Shown one piece after another: positions 1-10,601 of a stretch of 54,163 nucleotides of DNA (position 1 is the first letter of the stretch; every line of letters begins with the position of its first letter). The DNA is from Gallionellaceae bacterium (lineage in GTDB: Bacteria; Pseudomonadota; Gammaproteobacteria; Burkholderiales; Thiobacillaceae): contig JAQVJE010000003.1 of the NCBI GenBank assembly GCA_028695325.1, positions 1-54,163 of the forward strand, read 5' to 3'. The position numbers were made by a program, and so were the translations under genes. The notes under the pieces were generated by a model. The model was not told the origin of the DNA. It ran no database searches and worked only from the letters and a program-made list of their open reading frames with translations.

Positions 1-500
1 AGCGCCCGGAACAGGTCGCCCTTCTCGATATCCAGGTAGTGGCGCAGGATGGTGCAGCCGTAGCGCAGGTTGGTGCGCAGGTTGAACAGGTTGTGCTCGG
101 TGGTGCCGATGAGGTCGACCCAGAACGGCATCACCTGCATGAAGCCGCGGGCGCCGGCCGAGGATACGGCGTATTTGCGGAAGCCGCTCTCCACCTCCAT
201 CAGGCCCATGACCAGATCAGGCTCGAGGCCGGCCCGGCTGGCCTCGTAGTAGACGGTGCCGAGCAGGTCGGCGCGGAACTCGGCGTCCGGCACCTTGCGG
301 GCCAGGCGGCGCGACATCTCGGCGATCCAGGCGCGGGCGGCCGGGGTGGCCAGGAAACCGGAATCGGCGGCGCGGTCGGCGATGGCCCTGGACAGGCTGG
401 CCTGCACGCTGGCCGACAGGGGCTCATACTTCTGCGCCCCGGCCCAGGCCGGGGCGGCGCAGAGCAGGATCAGCCAAATGAGATGCTTCAGCTTCGGCAT
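1..500 (-). CDS. Lytic transglycosylase (SLT-domain) protein, 3' end outside window
   Basis: Manual translation from ATG at 500: [27 protein letters not shown]...[27 protein letters not shown]...[14 protein letters not shown]. Signal peptide plus SLT motifs (ES, GxMQ). Overlaps the proS stop. Confidence 0.9.
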   Translation of the reverse strand, partial: MPKLKHLIWLILLCAAPAWAGAQKYEPLSASVQASLSRAIADRAADSGFLATPAARAWIAEMSRRLARKVPDAEFRADLLGTVYYEASRAGLEPDLVMGLMEVESGFRKYAVSSAGARGFMQVMPFWVDLIGTTEHNLFNLRTNLRYGCTILRHYLDIEKGDLFRA

Positions 501-2212
501 GCCTCGATGCGTTCCTTCACGAATCGCGCCGCATCGGCCTGGGCGATCTTGCCTGCCTGGGCGTCGGTGCGCGCCTGGTATTCGAGCTGGCCCTCCTTGA
601 GGCCGCGCTCGCTGACCACTAGACGGTGGGCGACGCCGATCAGTTCCATGTCGGCGAACATTACGCCCGGCCGTTCGTCGCGGTCGTCCAGCACCACGTC
701 GATGCCGGCCGCCGCCAGTTCGGCATAGAGGGCGTCGGCGACGGCCCGGACCTCTTCGTTGCGGCCGTAGCCAAGCGGCACGATGGCCAGTTCGAATGGG
801 GCGATGGCCAGGGGGAAGACGATGCCGCGCTCATCAAAGCCCTGCTCGATGGCGGCGCCGACGATGCGGGAGACGCCGATGCCGTAGCAGCCCATGATGA
901 CGGTGCGGGCCTTGCCCTGCTCGTCCAGCACGGTGGCGGCGAGGGCCTCGGAATACTTGGTGCCGAGCTTGAATATGTGGCCCACCTCGATGCCGCGGCA
1001 CAGGTCCAGGCTGCCCTTCCCGTCCGGGCTGGGGTCGCCGGCCACCACGTTGCGGATGTCGGCGACGAGGTCCGGCTCGGGCAGGTCGCGGCCCCAGTTG
1101 ACGCCGGTGGTGTGGAATTTCGGTTTGTTCGCGCCGCACACGAAGTCGGCCATCGCTGCCACGGTGCGGTCGGCGATGACGCGTATCTTGGTGCGGTCGA
1201 GGCCGACGGGCCCGAGGAAGCCGGGCGGGCAGTCAAAGGCGGCACGGATCTCCTCGTCGGTGGCGAAGCGGAAGTCCGACAGGCCGTCGATCTTGGCGGC
1301 CTTGACCTCGTTGAGGGTGTGGTCGCCGCGGATCAGGAGGACGTGGAGTTTCTCACCAGCCATCACGGCGATCAGCTTGACGGTGCGCTGCAGGGGGATC
1401 CCCAGCAGGGCGGCGACGTCCTCGCAGGTGGTCTGCTTCGGGGTGTCGACGTCGCGCATCGTTTCCGTGGCGGCCGGGCGCGTCGTGACGGGGGCCAGGC
1501 CCTCCGCCATCTCGACGTTGGCGGCGTAGTCGGAGTCCGGGCAGAAGGCGATGGCGTCCTCGCCCGAGTCGGCCAGGACGTGGAACTCGTGCGAGCCTGA
1601 GCCGCCGATGGCGCCGGTGTCGGCGGCGACGGCGCGGAACTTCAGGCCCAGGCGGGTGAAGATGCGCGAGTAGGCCGCGTGCATGGCCTGGTAGGTCGCG
1701 TCCAGGCTGTCCTCGGTCAGGTGGAAGGAATAGGCGTCCTTCATCAGGAATTCGCGCGCCCGCATGACCCCGAAGCGCGGCCGGATCTCGTCGCGGAACT
1801 TGGTCTGCACCTGGTAGAAGTTGACCGGCAGCTGCTTGTAGCTCCTGAGTTCCTTGCGCGCCAGGTCGGTGATGACTTCCTCGTGGGTGGGGCCGAACAG
1901 GAAGTCGCGCTGGTGGCGGTCCTTGATCTTCAGCATCTGCGGCCCGAACACGTCCCAGCGGCCGGATTCCTGCCACAGCTCGGCGGGGATCACCGCCGGC
2001 ATCAGCAGCTCGATGGCGCCGGCGCGGTTCATCTCCTCGCGCACGATGGTCTCCACCTTGCGCAGGATGCGCAGGCCGAGGGGCATCCAGGTGTAGAGGC
2101 CGGAGCCCAGGCGCTTGATCAGGCCGGCGCGGAGCATCAGCTTGTGGGAGACCAGTTCGGCCTCGGACGGGGCTTCCTTGCTGGTGGAGAGGAAAAATCG
2201 GGAGGTGCGCAT
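488..2212 (-). CDS. proS: Proline--tRNA ligase
   Basis: [10 protein letters not shown]...[62 protein letters not shown]. True start is inside the longer track ORF. Confidence 0.98.
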   Translation of the reverse strand: MRTSRFFLSTSKEAPSEAELVSHKLMLRAGLIKRLGSGLYTWMPLGLRILRKVETIVREEMNRAGAIELLMPAVIPAELWQESGRWDVFGPQMLKIKDRHQRDFLFGPTHEEVITDLARKELRSYKQLPVNFYQVQTKFRDEIRPRFGVMRAREFLMKDAYSFHLTEDSLDATYQAMHAAYSRIFTRLGLKFRAVAADTGAIGGSGSHEFHVLADSGEDAIAFCPDSDYAANVEMAEGLAPVTTRPAATETMRDVDTPKQTTCEDVAALLGIPLQRTVKLIAVMAGEKLHVLLIRGDHTLNEVKAAKIDGLSDFRFATDEEIRAAFDCPPGFLGPVGLDRTKIRVIADRTVAAMADFVCGANKPKFHTTGVNWGRDLPEPDLVADIRNVVAGDPSPDGKGSLDLCRGIEVGHIFKLGTKYSEALAATVLDEQGKARTVIMGCYGIGVSRIVGAAIEQGFDERGIVFPLAIAPFELAIVPLGYGRNEEVRAVADALYAELAAAGIDVVLDDRDERPGVMFADMELIGVAHRLVVSERGLKEGQLEYQARTDAQAGKIAQADAARFVKERIEACRS

Positions 2213-2251
2213 GGTAGGCTTGGCAGTTTGGCAAAAGATGAATTCTACCCA

Positions 2252-3031
2252 ATGCGTCCGTTCGGCAGACAACGACATAAAACCACCCACGATCCGGTCG
2301 AGATCAGCGAGCAGCGCGGCGTCCGCTACCTGCACCTGGGCGGCCCGGCCGTGCAGAGCGCCATGCGCATCAAGGACCCCTACGCCCTGGAACTGGAGTA
2401 CACCCGCGCCATGATGGCCTTCCTGCTGTTCCAGGAGGCGCCGCGCGAGATCGGCCTCATCGGCCTGGGCGGCGCCTCGATCGCCAAGTACATCCACCGC
2501 CACCTGCTTGAAACCCGCCTCACCGCGGTGGAGATCAACCCGGAGGTGGTGGCGGCGGCGCGCGGCTTCTTCCTGCTGCCGGACGACGACGTTCGCCTGT
2601 CGGTGCGGATCGGCGACGGCGCCGCCTACGTGCATGAGCAGTCCGGCAGCCTGGACGTGCTGCTGGTGGACGGCTATGACGCCCACCGCATCGTCGACGC
2701 CCTCGCCTCGGAGGACTTCTATGCCGCCTGCCTGCACGCCCTGGCGCCGGGCGGGGTGGCGGTGTTCAACCTGTGGGGCTCGGACCGCTACTTCGACATC
2801 TATTTCGACCGCGTGGCGCGGGTATTCGACGACCACACCCTCATCCTGCCGGCCGAGAAGAAGGGCAACATCCAGCTGTTCGCCTTCAAGCCGCCCCTGC
2901 CTGACGTCCGCCTCGCCACCCTGGGTGATCGCGCGCGCGCGCTGGAGACGGGCTTGGGCCTGGAGATGCCGGTGTTCGTCGAGCGCATGAAGGCCTATAA
3001 CGCGATCGCCTCTGCCGCGCTGAGGCTGTGA
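2252..3031 (+). CDS. Spermidine synthase-like SAM-dependent transferase
   Basis: [33 protein letters not shown]-binding loop, [16 protein letters not shown]. Confidence 0.85.
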   Translation: MRPFGRQRHKTTHDPVEISEQRGVRYLHLGGPAVQSAMRIKDPYALELEYTRAMMAFLLFQEAPREIGLIGLGGASIAKYIHRHLLETRLTAVEINPEVVAAARGFFLLPDDDVRLSVRIGDGAAYVHEQSGSLDVLLVDGYDAHRIVDALASEDFYAACLHALAPGGVAVFNLWGSDRYFDIYFDRVARVFDDHTLILPAEKKGNIQLFAFKPPLPDVRLATLGDRARALETGLGLEMPVFVERMKAYNAIASAALRL

Positions 3032-3105
3032 CTGGCGTCCGGCTTTGCAAGGCGGGCGAAGGATGGGAGAATCGGTCGCAGTTAAAGAATTGTTGAGGTA
3101 CGGCC

Positions 3106-3627
3106 ATGATCGACAAGGACGGTTACCGGCCGAACGTGGGTATTGTCCTTTGCAATGCCCGGAACCAGGTGTTCTGGGGCAAGCGGGTCCGCCAGGACTC
3201 CTGGCAGTTCCCCCAGGGTGGCATCAAGCATGGCGAGACGCCCGAGCTGGCGATGTTCCGCGAACTCAGGGAGGAGGTCGGCCTGCGTCCCGAGCACGTC
3301 CGTATACTCGGCCGCACGCGCGAGTGGATGCGCTACGACGTGCCCAGGGAATGGGTGCGGCGGGAGTGGCGCGGCCATTACCGCGGCCAGAAGCAGATAT
3401 GGTTCCTGCTCCGCCTGATCGGGCGCGACATCGACGTCAGCCTGCGCGCTACCGAGCACCCCGAATTCGACGCCTGGCGCTGGAACGAATACTGGGACCC
3501 CGTCCAGGCCGTGGTGGAGTTCAAGCAGGAGGTGTACCGCCTCGCCCTGGCCGAGCTTGAGCATTTTCTGCAGATCGATCGCCACGAGCGCCCGCGTCCC
3601 CGCCATTACGGCATGAAGGCCCTTTGA
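3106..3627 (+). CDS. rppH: RNA pyrophosphohydrolase (Nudix)
   Basis: [20 protein letters not shown], Nudix box [25 protein letters not shown]. Confidence 0.97.
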   Translation: MIDKDGYRPNVGIVLCNARNQVFWGKRVRQDSWQFPQGGIKHGETPELAMFRELREEVGLRPEHVRILGRTREWMRYDVPREWVRREWRGHYRGQKQIWFLLRLIGRDIDVSLRATEHPEFDAWRWNEYWDPVQAVVEFKQEVYRLALAELEHFLQIDRHERPRPRHYGMKAL

Positions 3628-3640
3628 TAGGAGATAAATA

Positions 3641-4231
3641 ATGAGCCCCGCCTATCGCATGTTGCCCGCCACGCCCCTGCAAAAGGGCGCCGGCTACACC
3701 AAGCCCCGCCAGCAGGTGGTTGAGTCGGTCACCATGGACCAGCCGGCCCTGGCGGTGATGACCGACTTCGCCGTGGTCACGGCGCAGACCGTTCCACCCC
3801 TGGAGAGCATTGAGTCGGCGCGCACCCGCATGATCCATCACGGCGTTCGCCTGCTCCTGGTCACCGACGACCAGAACCAGATACTGGGCCTCGTCACCGC
3901 CTCCGACCTCACCAGCGAGCGGCCCATGCAGATCATCCAGGCCCAGGGCATCCGCCACGCCGATGTCCTGGTCAAGGACATCATGACCCCGCGCGAGCGG
4001 CTGGAGGTGATCTGCATGGATGACCTGCAGACCGCCAAGGTCGGCGACGTGGTCGCCACCTTGCAGGGCCAGGGCCGCCAGCACGCACTCGTGGTGGAAC
4101 GCCAGGCCGACCGCAGCCAGATACTGCGCGGCATGTTCTCCACCTCGCAGATCGGCCGCCAGCTCGGCACCCCCATCCATACCGTGCCGGTGGCGCGCAG
4201 CTTCGCCGACATTGCCCAGATGGGCGGCTGA
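3641..4231 (+). CDS. CBS-domain protein
   Basis: AVMTD...MIHHGVRLLLV...ILGLVTASDL...VKDIMTP CBS pair. GGAG RBS upstream. Confidence 0.85.
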   Translation: MSPAYRMLPATPLQKGAGYTKPRQQVVESVTMDQPALAVMTDFAVVTAQTVPPLESIESARTRMIHHGVRLLLVTDDQNQILGLVTASDLTSERPMQIIQAQGIRHADVLVKDIMTPRERLEVICMDDLQTAKVGDVVATLQGQGRQHALVVERQADRSQILRGMFSTSQIGRQLGTPIHTVPVARSFADIAQMGG

Positions 4232-4372
4232 AGCGGGCCGCCGCCCCGCGGAGGCATGACAGCGCCGGCAATAATCGAGTAAAATTATCGACTATTGCCC
4301 CGTGGCTTGAATATCCGGCCGGTGCCCATATCTGCCCGGCAGCCCCTTCACTTCTCACCTCCGAGGTTCACC

Positions 4373-5461
4373 ATGTCGGTTTCCGAACAGCAAGTACAGG
4401 CCGCTCTCAAGGAGCTGGTCGACCCCAACACCCAGAAGGATTTCATCTCCAGCAAGTCGGCCAGGAACATCAAGGTCGACGGCGGCAAGGTCAGCCTGGA
4501 CGTGGTGCTGCCCTATCCGGCCAAGATGGTGATGAACCAGATCAAGGCCCTGGTCGAGGACAAGATCAAGACCGTGCCCGGCGTCGAATCTGCGGCTGCC
4601 AACATCTCCTGGAAGATCGTCGCACACAGCGTGCAGCGCGGCGTCAAGCTGGTCCCCGGCGTGAAGAACATCATCGCCGTCGCCTCCGGCAAGGGTGGCG
4701 TCGGCAAGTCCACCACCGCCGTCAACCTGGCCCTGGCCCTGGCCGCCGAGGGTGCTTCGGTGGGCGTGCTGGACGCCGACATCTACGGCCCCTCGCAGCC
4801 CACCATGCTGGGTATTGTCGGCCGTCCGGTGTCCGAGGATGGCCAGTCGCTGGAGCCGATGATCGGCCACGGCCTTCAGGCCATGTCGATCGGTTTCCTG
4901 ATCGACGTTGACACCCCCATGGTCTGGCGCGGGCCGATGGTGACGCAGGCCCTGGAACAGTTGCTCAACCAGACCAAGTGGAAGGAACTCGACTACCTGG
5001 TGGTCGACCTGCCGCCGGGCACCGGCGACATCCAGCTCACCCTGGCGCAGCGCGTGCCGGTCACCGGTGCGGTGATCGTCACCACGCCGCAGGACATCGC
5101 CCTCATCGACGCTCGCAAGGGCCTCAAAATGTTCGAGAAGGTGGGCGTGCCCATTCTTGGCGTGGTGGAGAACATGTCGCTGCACATCTGCTCGAAGTGC
5201 GGCAACGAGGAGCCCATCTTCGGCACCGGCGGCGGCAAGAAGATGTGCGAGGACTACGGCGCCGAGTTCCTCGGTGGCCTGCCGCTCGACATGCGTATCC
5301 GCGAGGAGACCGATGCCGGCAAGCCCACCGTGGTGGCCGAGCCGGAGTCGCGCATCGCCGAGATCTACCGCGCCATCGCCCGCCGCGTCGCGGTCAAGGT
5401 GGGCGACCTGGCCGTGGACCACAGCGCCAAGTTCCCCAGCATCGTGATTCAGAACACGTAA
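4373..5461 (+). CDS. apbC: Mrp/ApbC Fe-S cluster carrier ATPase
   Basis: VASGKGGVGKST, DADIYGPS, PMVWRGPM, DLPPGTGD, ENMS..CSKC. Confidence 0.96.
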   Translation: MSVSEQQVQAALKELVDPNTQKDFISSKSARNIKVDGGKVSLDVVLPYPAKMVMNQIKALVEDKIKTVPGVESAAANISWKIVAHSVQRGVKLVPGVKNIIAVASGKGGVGKSTTAVNLALALAAEGASVGVLDADIYGPSQPTMLGIVGRPVSEDGQSLEPMIGHGLQAMSIGFLIDVDTPMVWRGPMVTQALEQLLNQTKWKELDYLVVDLPPGTGDIQLTLAQRVPVTGAVIVTTPQDIALIDARKGLKMFEKVGVPILGVVENMSLHICSKCGNEEPIFGTGGGKKMCEDYGAEFLGGLPLDMRIREETDAGKPTVVAEPESRIAEIYRAIARRVAVKVGDLAVDHSAKFPSIVIQNT

Positions 5462-5466
5462 AGCCG

Positions 5467-5540
5467 GTGACAAAGTGACAAAGTGACGAGTGACGGGTGA
5501 CAATGCCGGCCTTGTCACTTCGTTACTCGTAACTGGTCAC
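5467..5540. repeat. GTGAC/GTCAC short-tandem-repeat inverted array (7-8 bp period), copy 1
   Basis: GTGAC at 5467, 5475, 5483, 5490, 5497, then GTCAC/GTTAC/GTAAC/GTCAC at 5514, 5522, 5529, 5536. Confidence 0.85.
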
Positions 5541-5543
5541 TGT

Positions 5544-6110
5544 ATGTCTATCAAATCCGACAAGTGGATCCGCCGCATGGCGCGGGACCACGGCATGATC
5601 GAGCCCTTCGAGGCTGGCCAGGTCAAGGAGGTGAACGGCCACCGCATCGTCTCCTACGGCACTTCGAGTTATGGCTACGATGTACGCTGCTCGAACGAAT
5701 TCAAGCTGTTCACCGACATCAACACCACCATCGTCGACCCCAAGAACTTCGACCCCAACTCATTCGTCGAGGTGAAGGGCGACTCCTGCATCATCCCGCC
5801 CAACTCCTTCGCCCTGGCGCGCACGGTGGAGTACTTCCGCATCCCGCGCAATGTCCTGGTGGTCTGCCTGGGCAAGAGCACCTACGCGCGCTGCGGCATC
5901 ATCGTCAACGTGACGCCGCTGGAACCGGAATGGGAGGGCCACGTGACCCTGGAGTTCTCCAACACCACCCCCTTGCCGGCGCGCATCTACGCCAACGAGG
6001 GCGTCGCCCAGATGCTGTTCTACGAGTCCGACGAGGTGTGCGAGACCTCCTACAAGGACCGCGGTGGCAAGTACCAGGGCCAGACCGGCGTCACCCTGCC
6101 TAAAATTTAA
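5544..6110 (+). CDS. dcd: dCTP deaminase
   Basis: [40 protein letters not shown]. Confidence 0.97.
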   Translation: MSIKSDKWIRRMARDHGMIEPFEAGQVKEVNGHRIVSYGTSSYGYDVRCSNEFKLFTDINTTIVDPKNFDPNSFVEVKGDSCIIPPNSFALARTVEYFRIPRNVLVVCLGKSTYARCGIIVNVTPLEPEWEGHVTLEFSNTTPLPARIYANEGVAQMLFYESDEVCETSYKDRGGKYQGQTGVTLPKI

Positions 6111-6112
6111 TC

Positions 6113-6138
6113 TTGCAGCGGCGCGCAGTTCGTATAAT
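6113..6138 (+). promoter_or_regulatory. Possible sigma70 promoter for the decarboxylase gene
   Basis: Perfect TATAAT at 6133-6138 in GC-rich DNA. The upstream TTGCAG is only 14 nt away, so the -35 is uncertain. Confidence 0.4.
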
Positions 6139-6179
6139 CGCGCGCTTCTCCATTTCATCCGTCCAGCGAGGACAGGGCC

Positions 6180-8414
6180 ATGCGCTTCCATTTTCCGGTC
6201 ATCATCATCGACGAGGACTTCCGCTCCGAGAACGTCTCTGGCCTGGGTATCCGCTCGCTGGCCAAGGCGCTGGAGGAGGAGAGCATGGAGGTGCTGGGGG
6301 TGACCAGCTACGGCGACCTGTCCTCCTTCGCCCAGCAGCAGTCGCGTGCCTCGGCCTTCATCCTGTCGGTTGACGACGAGGAATTTGCCGGCGAGAAGGC
6401 CGACCAGACCATCGCCGAACTGCGCACCTTCGTGCAGGAGATCCGCAACCGCAACGCCGACATCCCCATCTTCCTCTACGGCGAGACGCGTACCACCCGC
6501 CACATACCCAACGACGTCCTGCGCGAGCTGCACGGCTTCCTGCACATGTTCGAGGACACGCCCGAGTTCATGGCCCGCTACATCGTGCGCGAGGCTCGCG
6601 CCTACCTGGATTCCCTGCCGCCGCCCTTCTTTCGCGCGCTCACCCATTACGCCGCCGACGGCTCCTACTCCTGGCACTGCCCCGGCCACTCGGGCGGCGT
6701 TGCCTTCCTGAAGTCGCCGGTCGGCCAGATGTTCCACCAGTTCTTCGGCGAGAACATGCTGCGCGCCGACGTCTGCAACGCGGTCGAGGAGCTCGGCCAG
6801 CTGCTCGACCACACCGGCCCGGTCGCCGCCTCGGAGCGCAACGCGGCGCGCATCTTCCAGGCTGACCACCTGTTCTTCGTCACCAACGGCACCTCGACCT
6901 CGAACAAGATCGTCTGGCACTCCACCGTCGCCCCTGGCGACGTGGTGGTGGTCGACCGCAACTGCCACAAGTCGGTGCTGCACGCCATCATCATGACCGG
7001 CGCGGTGCCGGTGTTCCTGATGCCTACGCGCAACCATTACGGCATCATCGGGCCGATCCCGAAGTCCGAGTTCGAGTGGAAGAACATCAAGAAGAAGATC
7101 GCCGCCCACCCCTTCGCCGACAAGAACGCCAAGCCGCGCGTCCTGACCATCACCCAGTCCACCTACGACGGCATCCTCTACAACGTGGAGGAGATCAAGG
7201 AGATGCTGGACGGCCGGATCGACACCCTGCACTTCGATGAGGCCTGGCTGCCCCACGCCGCCTTCCACGACTTCTACGGCGACTACCACGCCATCGGTGC
7301 CGACCGGCCGCGCTGCAAGGACTCCATGGTGTTCTCCACCCAGTCCACCCACAAGCTGCTGGCGGGCCTCTCGCAGGCCTCGCAGATCCTGGTGCAGGAC
7401 TCCGAGACCCGCAAGCTGGACCAGGACGTCTTCAACGAGGCATTCCTGATGCATACCTCCACCTCGCCGCAGTACGCCATCATCGCCTCCTGCGACGTCG
7501 CCGCCGCGATGATGGAAGAACCGGGTGGCCGCGCCTTGGTGGAGGAGTCGATCGCTGAGGCGCTCGACTTCCGCCGCGCCATGCGCAAGGTGGAGGCAGA
7601 ATTGGGCAGCGACTGGTGGTTCAAGGTATGGGGGCCGAAGGACCTCTCCGAGGAAGGCATCGAGGAACGCGCCGCCTGGACCCTGAAGGCAGGCGACAAG
7701 TGGCATGGCTTCGGCAAGTTGGCGGCCGGCTTCAACCTGCTCGACCCCATCAAGGCCACCGTCATCACCCCCGGCCTCGATGTCGACGGCGACTTCGCCG
7801 ACAGCGGCATTCCGGCCAACGTGCTGACCAAGTACCTGGCCGAGCACGGCGTCATCGTCGAGAAAACCGGCCTCTATTCGTTCTTCATCATGTTCACCAT
7901 CGGCATCACCAAGGGGCGCTGGAACACTATGGTGACCGAGTTGCAGCAGTTCAAGGACGATTACGACCGCAACCAGCCGCTCTGGCGCCTGATGCCCGAC
8001 TTCGTCGCCAAGTTTCCGCGCTACGAGCGGGTCGGCCTCAAGGATCTGTGCTGCGAGATCCACCACGTCTACCGGGCACACGACGTGGCGCGCTTGACCA
8101 CCGAGATGTACCTTTCCGACATGGTGCCGGCCATGCGCCCGGCCGACGCTTTCGCCAAGATGGCGCACCGCGAGATCGAGCGGGTCGAGATCGACGACCT
8201 GGAGGGGCGCATCACCTCCACCCTGCTCACCCCCTATCCGCCCGGCATCCCGCTCCTGATCCCGGGTGAGCGCTTCAATGCCACCATCGTGCGCTACCTG
8301 AAGTTCACCCGCGAGTTCAACGAAAAGTTCCCCGGCTTCGAGACCGACGTACACGGCCTGGTCAAGGACCGCCGTAACGGTCGCACCCGCTACTACGTCG
8401 ACTGCGTGGCCTGA
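6180..8414 (+). CDS. Arginine/lysine/ornithine decarboxylase (fold-type I PLP, wing domain)
   Basis: WHCPGHSGG, VTNGTSTSNK, DRNCHKS, HFDEAW, QSTHKLL (PLP lysine), HTSTSPQY, PYPPGIP. Confidence 0.95.
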   Translation: MRFHFPVIIIDEDFRSENVSGLGIRSLAKALEEESMEVLGVTSYGDLSSFAQQQSRASAFILSVDDEEFAGEKADQTIAELRTFVQEIRNRNADIPIFLYGETRTTRHIPNDVLRELHGFLHMFEDTPEFMARYIVREARAYLDSLPPPFFRALTHYAADGSYSWHCPGHSGGVAFLKSPVGQMFHQFFGENMLRADVCNAVEELGQLLDHTGPVAASERNAARIFQADHLFFVTNGTSTSNKIVWHSTVAPGDVVVVDRNCHKSVLHAIIMTGAVPVFLMPTRNHYGIIGPIPKSEFEWKNIKKKIAAHPFADKNAKPRVLTITQSTYDGILYNVEEIKEMLDGRIDTLHFDEAWLPHAAFHDFYGDYHAIGADRPRCKDSMVFSTQSTHKLLAGLSQASQILVQDSETRKLDQDVFNEAFLMHTSTSPQYAIIASCDVAAAMMEEPGGRALVEESIAEALDFRRAMRKVEAELGSDWWFKVWGPKDLSEEGIEERAAWTLKAGDKWHGFGKLAAGFNLLDPIKATVITPGLDVDGDFADSGIPANVLTKYLAEHGVIVEKTGLYSFFIMFTIGITKGRWNTMVTELQQFKDDYDRNQPLWRLMPDFVAKFPRYERVGLKDLCCEIHHVYRAHDVARLTTEMYLSDMVPAMRPADAFAKMAHREIERVEIDDLEGRITSTLLTPYPPGIPLLIPGERFNATIVRYLKFTREFNEKFPGFETDVHGLVKDRRNGRTRYYVDCVA

Positions 8415-9340
8415 TCCTGTTCGACCGCCTTGGCGGCGGCCAGGCCCTGGGCGATGGCGGTTGGTACCGAGGGCTGGATGCAGTCGGTGACGTCGCCGGC
8501 GGCGTAGACGCCGGCCACCGTGGTGCGCTGGCCGCGCCCGACGTGGATGTGGCCGCTGTCGGCCAGGGCCGGCCGGATGGCCGGCGCGAAGCGTTCCAGC
8601 ACCCCAGTGTTGGGTTCATAGCCGTACATCACCAGCAGCCAGTCGTAGTCCTCCGTTATGCCGTCCAGGCTGGCCTTGATGGTGTCCGTCCGGAGGGACA
8701 GGGCAGACGGCAGGCAGTCGCGCCGCAACTCGATCTCCGGTCGCCCGGCGCAGGCAGCCTGGAACTGCCGGCGGGCGGCGAAGTCGCGCCGCGCGCACAC
8801 CGTGACCCAGTTGCCGCGCTCGGCCAGGTAGAGCGCATGGTCGAGGGCGTTGTCGCCGCCGCCCAGGATCAGCACCCTGCCGGAGTGGATGCCGTCGCGT
8901 ATGGTCTCCGACAGTGGGCCGACGATGACACAACGGCTTTGCTCGGCCAGGGCGGTCAGTTCCGGCGTCGTGCGCGGACGGCTGCCGGTGGCGAGCACCA
9001 CGGCGGCGGCGGCCAATTCCTGCTCGCCCGCAGCCGTCGCCAGGCGCAGGTGGAAACCGCCGTCATGACGTGCGACGGCCAGCACCTCGGCGCGCAGGTG
9101 GGTGGTGATGGGGAGGTCGAAATAGTGGCTGGCCAGGCGCTCGGTGATACCGGTGCCGGTCTCGCCCGGCATGCCCAGCATCCACAGGTTGGGATGGAAA
9201 TTGGCGCGCTGGATACCGCCGACATGGTCACTGCGCTCGAACACCACCGGTTCGAGACCGAAGCTGAGCAGCGCGTTGGCGCACGACATGCCGGCCGGGC
9301 CGGCGCCGATGACGGCAACCACCTTGGCCGCGATATTCAT
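8393..9340 (-). CDS. Thioredoxin-reductase-like FAD/NAD(P) oxidoreductase
   Basis: IGAGPAG, LATG, LGGGDNALD, GVYAAGDVT. No CxxC visible. Confidence 0.85.
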   Translation of the reverse strand: MNIAAKVVAVIGAGPAGMSCANALLSFGLEPVVFERSDHVGGIQRANFHPNLWMLGMPGETGTGITERLASHYFDLPITTHLRAEVLAVARHDGGFHLRLATAAGEQELAAAAVVLATGSRPRTTPELTALAEQSRCVIVGPLSETIRDGIHSGRVLILGGGDNALDHALYLAERGNWVTVCARRDFAARRQFQAACAGRPEIELRRDCLPSALSLRTDTIKASLDGITEDYDWLLVMYGYEPNTGVLERFAPAIRPALADSGHIHVGRGQRTTVAGVYAAGDVTDCIQPSVPTAIAQGLAAAKAVEQDQATQST

Positions 9341-9783
9341 GTGCGGTGCGGGCGCGGCTCGTAGTGGACCACCGCGCGCATGATCTCGGAATAGGGAAAG
9401 CGGTCGATGCCGCCGTACTGCGTCATGCCGGCGTCGATCAGGCTGGCGATGTCAGCCGACTGGTCGGCGGGGCTGCCGAGGGCCTCCGCCAGGCCACGCA
9501 CGCCGCCGCACTGGGCGCAGATCTCCTTGCCGAACGGCCAGGGCTGGTGCGGCTCGACGTGCAAGGAGAAGCGTGCGTTGTCGTGCAGGGCGGCGTGGAA
9601 GGCCTGGCAGCGCGCGCTGGCCGCCTCCTCGGTGCAACTGATCGCCTCGCGCTCGGCGAGCAGCAGCTTGCGGGCCTTGAAGCAGGCGGCACAGCGCGCC
9701 AGCAGGGCGCGTTCGAACGGGCATGCGAGGGCGATGGCCGACTGGCGCGCTTCCCGGTAGGCGTCTTCGTTGTATCCCGACAT
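9337..9783 (-). CDS. Cys-rich hypothetical protein
   Basis: 148 aa, seven Cys including CAAC and CAQC. ATGA overlap with the oxidoreductase gene. Confidence 0.75.
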   Translation of the reverse strand: MSGYNEDAYREARQSAIALACPFERALLARCAACFKARKLLLAEREAISCTEEAASARCQAFHAALHDNARFSLHVEPHQPWPFGKEICAQCGGVRGLAEALGSPADQSADIASLIDAGMTQYGGIDRFPYSEIMRAVVHYEPRPHRT

Positions 9784-9795
9784 CGGCGGGCGATC

Positions 9796-9978
9796 TCAGA
9801 GAGCGGTCAATATGTAGATCTTGGCTGCGCAGATGAAGTCGCTTTGGCTGCGGCTTTGCCACTTAACGTTCGCTGCGCGCACGTTAGCCTCCGCCGAAGC
9901 GACTTCATCCAGTACCTTCGACATGGGCTTACAGGCCGGTGAGCACATCGATCTTGGCTGCGCAGATGAAGTCGCTTT
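9796..9978. repeat. Duplicated phhB 3' end (29-bp exact direct repeat) with hairpin
   Basis: GATCTTGGCTGCGCAGATGAAGTCGCTTT at 9817-9845 and 9950-9978. Inverted copy AAGCGACTTCATC at 9897-9909. Confidence 0.85.
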
Positions 9979-10270
9979 CAGACAGGCCGCCGATGGCGTG
10001 GGTGATGTATTCCACCCGGCAGGTGTTGTAGCCCACCGCCAGGTCCGGGTGGTGGCCCTGCTGGTGGGAGATCCAGGCCACGGCGTTGACGAAGGTCATG
10101 GTGACGTAGTGGTCGGGGAACTTGAAATCCTTGCGCAGCTTGCCGTCGACCACCTGCCAGCCCTGCAGGTCCTTCAGGTTGGCGGCGATGGCGTCGGCGC
10201 CGAGGGGTGGCACGCCGCCCTCGCAGGGCTTGCACTTGCCCTTGGCCAGGTCGCAGAAGGTCTCGCTCAT
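9929..10270 (-). CDS. phhB: Pterin-4-alpha-carbinolamine dehydratase
   Basis: CKPCEGG, HHPDLAVGY, THAIGGLSESDFICAAKID. Confidence 0.95.
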   Translation of the reverse strand: MSETFCDLAKGKCKPCEGGVPPLGADAIAANLKDLQGWQVVDGKLRKDFKFPDHYVTMTFVNAVAWISHQQGHHPDLAVGYNTCRVEYITHAIGGLSESDFICAAKIDVLTGL

Positions 10271-10307
10271 GGTGTCCTCCTCATGTGTGCCGCGCCGGCG
10301 GCGAGAA

Positions 10308-10535
10308 TCAGTAGTCGTCGCCGGCCAGCGAGGGGTCGAGCTCGCGCGGCTGCGACAGGGTGTCCTCGGCCAGCAGTTCGTTGTCGGCGAAGATCATCTT
10401 GATCTGGGTGCCGGCGGCGGGATCCAGGCCACGGCGCAGCTCGTTGGCCGCCGCCTTGGCCTCCTTGAAGGTGGCCGCCTCGCCGCGCTTGTTCAGGACG
10501 CTGAGGGGGCCGATCTGGTAGATGAAGTAGGGCAT
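10308..10535 (-). CDS. Small hypothetical protein
   Basis: MPYFIYQI...FKEAK...IKMIFADNELLAEDTL. GGAG RBS upstream, coding-like codon usage. Confidence 0.75.
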   Translation of the reverse strand: MPYFIYQIGPLSVLNKRGEAATFKEAKAAANELRRGLDPAAGTQIKMIFADNELLAEDTLSQPRELDPSLAGDDY

Positions 10536-10601
10536 CGGATCGCTCCGTATATAGTTGACCAATATTGTCGACTAAACGGCGACCGAACTCAAGCCGCCGC
10601 T

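Noticed and set aside
5467-5540. GTGAC arrays as CRISPR arrays or iterons
   Set aside because: Units are 7-14 bp without unique ~30-bp spacers. There are no cas or rep genes, and the arrays are inverted pairs.
9861-9889. ACTTAAC...GTTAGCC resembling integron attC core sites
   Set aside because: Only 15 bp separate the cores, far shorter than an attC site, and no integron integrase is present.
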